IMG/VR virus record: IMGVR_UViG_3300037506_000247
Span: 1 to 60,606 of that record
Strand: one strand, 5' to 3'
Length of the DNA: 60,606 nt
DNA from: a virus
Taxonomy: Duplodnaviria; Caudoviricetes
The notes beneath the pieces were generated by a model. That model had not been told where the DNA came from. It saw only the letters and a list, made by a program, of their open reading frames with translations, and did not search any database. How positions within the stretch are numbered: the stretch's first letter is position 1; each line of letters opens with the position of its first letter. The position numbers and the translations under genes were made by a program. Of the stretch, positions 55,591 through 60,606 are shown piece by piece.

Positions 55591-56155
55591 GAGCTTCCTC
55601 CGGTCCGTTCAATCGCAACAACTCTGCTTCGCAGCATGCCACGTCGCTTGCGAGCCAAGCGATCCGCTCATCCATCGCGTTGAGCTTGACCTCCTCGCGC
55701 TCCCAAAACCACTCCCGCTCACCCTCGCCGTCGCGGCGTCTCGACAAACGCTTGCGCATGATGGGTGACGAGCGCTGGACCATGGCTTCCTTCAATCCGC
55801 GCCTCACCGCCTGCAGGTGCCGCAGCTCGTCGGCGACCAGACCGCGCCGTTCGGCCCAGTAGCGGATCATCAGCCGGCGCAGCTCGGCCGGGTCCGGCGG
55901 CGGCGGCCACTCCGGCCCTTCGTAGCGCGACGACGAGTAGCTCCAACCGTCGTCGAAGACGATGCGGTCGCCCAGGTCGATACCGTTGCCGCCGTGATCC
56001 TCGCAAAAGCGCAGGAAGTACTCGCGCCAGTCGAGCCGCCACGAGAGCAGGCCGGCCTCGGCCTCGCGCGAAGTCGCGTGCCGGTTCCGCCGCCCCCTGT
56101 CTTGACTCAGCCGACGCTGCTTGCCTTCTGGGTCAAACGGCGTGCGCTTGCTCAT
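55568..56155 (-). CDS. Hypothetical protein
   Basis: GGAGG RBS, start MSKRTPF. Confidence 0.6.
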   Translation of the reverse strand: MSKRTPFDPEGKQRRLSQDRGRRNRHATSREAEAGLLSWRLDWREYFLRFCEDHGGNGIDLGDRIVFDDGWSYSSSRYEGPEWPPPPDPAELRRLMIRYWAERRGLVADELRHLQAVRRGLKEAMVQRSSPIMRKRLSRRRDGEGEREWFWEREEVKLNAMDERIAWLASDVACCEAELLRLNGPEEAHAAATRG

Positions 56156-56366
56156 CAACCGCCCTCCCCAACGCGTCCATCCAAGCGTCTTCCGGCCGGT
56201 CGTAAAACCCCGACAGTTGCCGCGCATCGTCGCCGGAGACGGCAGCGCCGCCGATCTTGAATTCGGACCGGACGATGCGCCAGCCTTTCCCCGGCTTCCA
56301 ACTCAATCACGCCGGTCCGCAGGCAGAGCGAACCCGGCCGATCAACCACTCACGATCTCGCTCCAT
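56133..56366 (-). pseudogene. Small protein with in-frame TGA at codon 20
   Basis: TGATG-coupled to groES. Reads MERDREWLIGRVRSACGPA*LSWKPGKGWRIVRS..LSGFYDRPEDAWMDALGR. Confidence 0.5.
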
Positions 56367-56755
56367 CACGGGTCGGTCCTCTCAACCTCGCCGGCGTCCC
56401 AGTCCCTGACCTCGAACTCCGGGATGCGGCGCTCGTTGTTGCATTCGATGCCGACGATTTGATCTTCCTTGATGCACTGAAGACGCAGGCCATTGTGCTT
56501 GAACGTGAACACGTTGCCCTGCACGAGCACGAGATCGCCGCGCCTGACGTAGCGGCATTGCGCTCCGGCCGACACCACCCAGCCCTTGCGCGCCTCCTCG
56601 CCGGCGCGCTCGCCGTCGCGCAGGCTCTCCGGAATCACCACGCCGCCCGGCGACTTGTCCACCGGGATCATCTTGAGGATCACCAGATTGCCCAGCGGCT
56701 CGAAGCTTCGGTCGGGCAGCCCGGTGTCGGCCATTCCCACGTCGTTGGTTCGCAT
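56366..56755 (-). CDS. groES: Co-chaperonin GroES homolog
   Basis: PLGNLVIL..SPGGVVIP..GWVVSAG..VRRGDLVL..IKEDQIVG. Confidence 0.88.
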   Translation of the reverse strand: MRTNDVGMADTGLPDRSFEPLGNLVILKMIPVDKSPGGVVIPESLRDGERAGEEARKGWVVSAGAQCRYVRRGDLVLVQGNVFTFKHNGLRLQCIKEDQIVGIECNNERRIPEFEVRDWDAGEVERTDP

Positions 56756-56781
56756 CGTTCAGCTCCTGTTGAAATCCAAGG

Positions 56782-56979
56782 TCACTTCGTCAGCCGCTCG
56801 AAACCCAGCGCAATCAGTCCGGCGGTCAGCGCGTTGCCGATCCACCAGCTCACCGCCGCCAACTCTCGGCCACGCTCGTCCGCGACGACCCCCGCGTAGA
56901 CCATCGCCACGGCGATCCAGACCAGCGCGGCCAGCCAGACCAACTTCCAGAGCGGCACTTGTCTTCCCGTTCCGTTCAC
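56782..56979 (-). CDS. Small two-helix membrane protein
   Basis: Two hydrophobic segments. GGAGG RBS. Confidence 0.6.
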   Translation of the reverse strand: MNGTGRQVPLWKLVWLAALVWIAVAMVYAGVVADERGRELAAVSWWIGNALTAGLIALGFERLTK

Positions 56980-56995
56980 GCCCGATCACCTCCCC

Positions 56996-57184
56996 TCACC
57001 GGTTCGACTCCCACGCACCGTGGGCCGCGCCGAGCAGGTCGCTCACCTCTGGTCCGTCGATCACACCCGGCGCGTCCTCGGTCACCGGCTCGACTACCGC
57101 GCAACGCACGCACGTGTCGCAGTCCGGCAGCGCCTCGATCCTGCCCTGTGGGATAGCCTGCCCGCACTCGACGCATCTTCGCAT
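56996..57184 (-). CDS. TraR/DksA-type C4 zinc-finger protein
   Basis: CVECGQAIPQGRIEALPDCDTCVRC. AGGAGG RBS. Confidence 0.85.
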   Translation of the reverse strand: MRRCVECGQAIPQGRIEALPDCDTCVRCAVVEPVTEDAPGVIDGPEVSDLLGAAHGAWESNR

Positions 57185-57293
57185 CGGACACCTCCTTTTG
57201 CCTCTCGCGTTTCCGATGGTCAATCGGTACACATACAGGCTTGCTGCTCCTCTTGGTCGTCCGGAGTTTCAAGAGTCTCTAGATCGGAATACT

Positions 57294-57458
57294 TCAGTTT
57301 GCCACGCCCAAATTGGCAAAGCAAGGGATGCACGTAGTAGGGAGATTGCCGTCCCAGGCATCAAGGATCATCTTTAGCATGTACCCGCTGGTCCTCCCAC
57401 CGCTAAAAGCGATGCACGAACAGCGCGGGACTCGGTATGGATTTTCAATGTCGGGCAT
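57294..57458 (-). pseudogene. Truncated PAPS-reductase-like (PP-loop) gene fragment
   Basis: MPDIENPY..IAFSGGRTSGYML..CFAN then stop after 54 aa. Locally lower GC. Confidence 0.7.
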
Positions 57459-57477
57459 AAACAGGTTCCTACTAATT

Positions 57478-58416
57478 CTACACCACTCCCGCGTGGGTCC
57501 GCACGCCGCGGTGAGTCAGTGCGTGGATCATCAACACGAACGCGTCGCTCTCGTCCGGCGAGCGGCCACCGTAAAACTCTTGAGCCATCTGTTCCTTGGA
57601 CGGCAGGTAGATGCGCTCGCGGTCATCATACAACTTCGGGATCGGCCGCAAACACTCGGCCAGCCGCGCCCAAAAGCCGCCGTTGCGCTCCGACGGAACC
57701 CCGTAGCCGGCGGTCGGCTTGCCTTGCTCGTCGTACCGCGGGTTCATCAACTGGCTTGCGCGGTCGTGCATCTCGGCCCGGCGGTTGACGTAGGACTGCC
57801 TCTGCTCTTTGGCGTGCCGCCGGTCTTCAATCAACGTCAATCCGCGCTTGATGTCGAGGCTGACCGTCTCGCCGAATGACACCGCCCGGCAGCGCCAGCC
57901 GAGGTCGGTCCTCAAGCGGTCGCAGTGCTCCAATCCGCCGCCGCCCGCGTCGAACACGATCCGCTCGGTCGGCACTCCCCACCGCCTTTGCAAGTCGACG
58001 GTGATGCGCGGAATGACCGCCGTGTTCGGCGTCCGCTCGGCCACTCCCTCCAGCACTCCCAGCTCGTCGCCCACCACCCAGGCCGTGTTGGCGCTGCCCT
58101 GTCCCGAGTCGATTCCCATCGCCCGCGCCACGCGCTTCTGCCGGCGCTGCTGAAGGTCGAAAGCCGTTTGCCCGGCGTGCTCCAGCCATTCCGGCGGGAA
58201 CATCAAAACCGAGCTGCCTTCGGGAAACTCGGCCCGGAGCTTGATCTTCTGAAGGTCCGCGTCCCAAATCTTGAGGTACGTCTGCAGGCGCTCCCAGGTC
58301 AAGACACCCGGCGTCACGATCCGGCCCGAAGGCACGCGCCCTTCCGCGATCTCGCGCTGCGCCAAGCGCACGTTCGGGGAATCCCAGGCCGTGATTTTGA
58401 TGACCTTGCGGAGCAT
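57478..58416 (-). CDS. terL: Terminase large subunit, C-terminal part (nuclease)
   Basis: ITAWDSPNV, MGIDSG, VFDAGGGG, NRRAEM, SPDESDA. Confidence 0.85.
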   Translation of the reverse strand: MLRKVIKITAWDSPNVRLAQREIAEGRVPSGRIVTPGVLTWERLQTYLKIWDADLQKIKLRAEFPEGSSVLMFPPEWLEHAGQTAFDLQQRRQKRVARAMGIDSGQGSANTAWVVGDELGVLEGVAERTPNTAVIPRITVDLQRRWGVPTERIVFDAGGGGLEHCDRLRTDLGWRCRAVSFGETVSLDIKRGLTLIEDRRHAKEQRQSYVNRRAEMHDRASQLMNPRYDEQGKPTAGYGVPSERNGGFWARLAECLRPIPKLYDDRERIYLPSKEQMAQEFYGGRSPDESDAFVLMIHALTHRGVRTHAGVV

Positions 58417-59007
58417 TCAAGCCAAATTCCCTTCCTTGATCGCGCGTCGGAAGAAGTTTTGGCACGGGTTGGTGTTGCCGATCCACAGGAAGCGCTTCAT
58501 CGGCTGCACTGCCTTCCAAGCCTCGTCGTCGAGCGCGGATGCCTCGTCGCCGATCACGCCGTTGAAATCGGCGTAGTGGCCCTGGAGCTTCTCCGGCCGC
58601 TCGTAGACCATGCCCTGCGCGTAGTTGAACGGGTTCTTGACCTCGGCCTCGGACGCGCGCCGCAGCTCCATGTGGTTGACCACCAGCGGTCCACCCGTCG
58701 ACACCATCAACGGCCGGCGCGACGCGCCGATGAACCGGCCCACCTCACCCCACAAGACCTTCAGATGGCGCTCCTCGACCGAAAGCGTCAAGAGCTTGCA
58801 CGTCAGACCCTTGGCCTCGCAAATCAGGAACGTCGCCAGCGCGACAAACCCGGCCACGTAGTCTTTGCCCATCTCGGTGGCCGCGCCGACCACCGTCTCC
58901 CGGTTGTGGCACCAACTCTCGATGATCTCGACTTGATAATCGGTAAACGTCACCCGTGGCCACAGATGCTCTTTCAGCGCCAACATCTCGTCGAGGGAGA
59001 TCGTCAT
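58417..59007 (-). CDS. terL: Terminase large subunit, N-terminal part (ATPase)
   Basis: YQVEI, Walker A-like AATEMGKD, Walker B VIGDEAS, IGNT. Confidence 0.85.
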   Translation of the reverse strand: MTISLDEMLALKEHLWPRVTFTDYQVEIIESWCHNRETVVGAATEMGKDYVAGFVALATFLICEAKGLTCKLLTLSVEERHLKVLWGEVGRFIGASRRPLMVSTGGPLVVNHMELRRASEAEVKNPFNYAQGMVYERPEKLQGHYADFNGVIGDEASALDDEAWKAVQPMKRFLWIGNTNPCQNFFRRAIKEGNLA

Positions 59008-59570
59008 GAACCGCTCCCGACCTCTTGCCGGCCTGGGGAATCGTCTTCCACCGCTCTCCCCACCTGCTTCTGAGCCTCGACCGCACGCATCAACGCGGCG
59101 ATCTCGGCGCTGACGTTGTTGACTTGCACCCCCACGTTGACCTCGACCCCGCTCCGCGCTTCCGGATGCTCAACTTCGTGCTGGAACTTGTCCGCGGTCA
59201 TCAAAGTCTTCGACGCTTGCGCTTCCGCGGCCCGGTCCGGCGGCAGTTCTTTCTCGTTCCCGTCCACGTCGAAATAAGTCCGGCGCTCGTACAAAACCTC
59301 GGCGGCTTTCTCGATCACTCGGCGCTTGACCGGCTCCGGTACCTGCCAGCCCCGGCCGTCGTTCCTGATCGCCATCCGGTCCAGACCGGGAAAACGCTGC
59401 TCGTCCTGAGCGCGCGGATCGACCGCCTCCCGCCTGACGGCTCCCTCTGGTCTCGTGTCGATCACCCCCAGCAACTGCGCGTCCTCGCGGGCCTTGGAGT
59501 ATCGCTCCCGCACTCCCTGCCGCTGGTTCCTGCGCTTGCCACTGGGCTTCGACTTCCGCTTGCGAGCCAC
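59004..59570 (-). CDS. Putative terminase small subunit
   Basis: Directly upstream of terL with ATGA overlap. Called from position only. Confidence 0.45.
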   Translation of the reverse strand: MARKRKSKPSGKRRNQRQGVRERYSKAREDAQLLGVIDTRPEGAVRREAVDPRAQDEQRFPGLDRMAIRNDGRGWQVPEPVKRRVIEKAAEVLYERRTYFDVDGNEKELPPDRAAEAQASKTLMTADKFQHEVEHPEARSGVEVNVGVQVNNVSAEIAALMRAVEAQKQVGRAVEDDSPGRQEVGSGS

Positions 59571-59618
59571 CGAGCTGCCCTCGACCTTCGTTCGCTGGTT
59601 GCCCAGCTCGAAGCCATT

Positions 59619-60606
59619 CTACGCCGGAGGGAGCATCTTGGCGTTCAATTCCCGAACCTTCAGTCGCTTCTCGGCGATGGCCGCGTAGTCGGGCTCCCGC
59701 TCGCAGCCCACGAACCTACGACCGATGTTCTTACACGCCAGCGCCGTCGTGCCCGATCCGGTGAACGGGTCCAAGACCAGCCCGCCTTTCGGACAAACTA
59801 GTTTAATCAAATACTCTATCAGCGCGATGGGCTTGACCGTGGGGTGGTTGTTGAACTCGCCGCGCTCCCTAGACTGACATTTGGCCGAGTAGAAAAAGCG
59901 CGCCGGCGTACCTTCGTCGTCGTGACCGACCTGTGTCCCACCGTTCCGGCCAAGGCTCCAAGTAGCCTTGGCCGGCCTATCGGGAGTACGCTTACGACTC
60001 GGTGGACTCTTGCTCTCGCCGAACCGCGCGAACGCTTCAAGTACTTCGTCCGAGCCGTCATGAACCATGTTGGCGGGCCAGCGGCCGACCGCCGGTCGGC
60101 CGGCATACCCAGTCACATTTACTGAAGCCACCGAGGCAGCGCTGTTACCGTCGTTACCGGCTGGCTCGTTGAACCTATCCTCCGTCCCCACTCTGCATTC
60201 GCCGATGTTCAATCCGCCCACGCCCCACTTGAGGACGTTCTCAGCCACCGTCCCGTCGAGAAGTTTGCGTGCCACGATGATCGGTTCATACGCGGGCTTC
60301 AGCGCTGTGCCCCAGCCTTGCCAAGCGGCGGAGGCAGCAGTAATTGGAACGGGGCCGGCATGCTCGTGGAATCCGCGCTTGACAGCTTCCTGAATCCACG
60401 GGTGTGTATCCATCTTCCCGAAGAAGGTTCCGTTGTTAACAACTGTCCTTACTTTTTCACGCTCAGCGCCTAAGTGTTTGTCGATTGCCTTTGACACATC
60501 CAGATTTTTCGGGAAGCCCGACCCGTACAACCACATCACGCAGTCCCTGATCTCGAAGCCCGCATCCTCCAGTGCGCAGGCAAGGCGGTGGTACGTCCTC
60601 GACCCG
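59619..60606 (-). CDS. DNA methylase, 3' part (starts at 355 across the junction)
   Basis: WLYGSGFPK, GWGTALKPA, GRWPAN, HPTVKP, LDPFTGSGTT. Confidence 0.92.
   Translation of the reverse strand, partial: GSRTYHRLACALEDAGFEIRDCVMWLYGSGFPKNLDVSKAIDKHLGAEREKVRTVVNNGTFFGKMDTHPWIQEAVKRGFHEHAGPVPITAASAAWQGWGTALKPAYEPIIVARKLLDGTVAENVLKWGVGGLNIGECRVGTEDRFNEPAGNDGNSAASVASVNVTGYAGRPAVGRWPANMVHDGSDEVLEAFARFGESKSPPSRKRTPDRPAKATWSLGRNGGTQVGHDDEGTPARFFYSAKCQSRERGEFNNHPTVKPIALIEYLIKLVCPKGGLVLDPFTGSGTTALACKNIGRRFVGCEREPDYAAIAEKRLKVRELNAKMLPPA
60590..60606. repeat. Terminal overlap, identical to 1-17
   Basis: Exact 17-nt match. Confidence 0.95.

Noticed and set aside
56280-56309. SECIS after TGA 56309 or after the terL TGA
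   Set aside because: Only a weak 4-bp stem (or none) is present and there is no CxxU context, unlike 43588.
1-60606. Genome-wide stop-codon reassignment (TAG or TGA as sense)
   Set aside because: TAG ends clear genes (3438, 8567, 9245, 18543), and TGA ends many genes in ATGA/TGATG overlaps. No suppressor tRNA was seen.

Overview
The window appears to be one complete, circularly assembled tailed-phage genome of about 60.59 kb with high GC content. The first 17 nt repeat the last 17 nt, and a DNA methylase reads in frame across that junction. The minus strand carries a replication/recombination block: family A DNA polymerase, primase-helicase, Sak4-like ATPase, PD-(D/E)XK exonuclease, RuvC-like resolvase, a broken UDG, an HNH nuclease and two methylases. 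A plus-strand early operon encodes a ParB-like protein and a UvrD-like helicase. The minus-strand late region holds a split terminase, GroES, TraR, portal, gpF, DUF2213 protease, capsid, a siphovirus-like tail, and a glycosyltransferase/methyltransferase/radical-SAM cluster. I saw no integrase, endolysin, tRNA or CRISPR array. A Planctomycetota-like host is only a loose impression from gene content. Most notable observations: (1) an N-terminal M-P-x-[IVL]-E tag on 13 unrelated proteins; (2) an exported collagen-like protein with an in-frame UGA in a CxxU context followed by a SECIS-like hairpin, coupled to an exported CxxCH protein; (3) a hammerhead-like ribozyme whose stem III covers a Shine-Dalgarno sequence; (4) divergent paralogous winged-helix genes sharing a palindromic -10 box and an operator-like repeat; (5) several in-frame stops, each one C-to-T change from a sense codon. 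All family assignments are from motif recognition by eye, not database searches.
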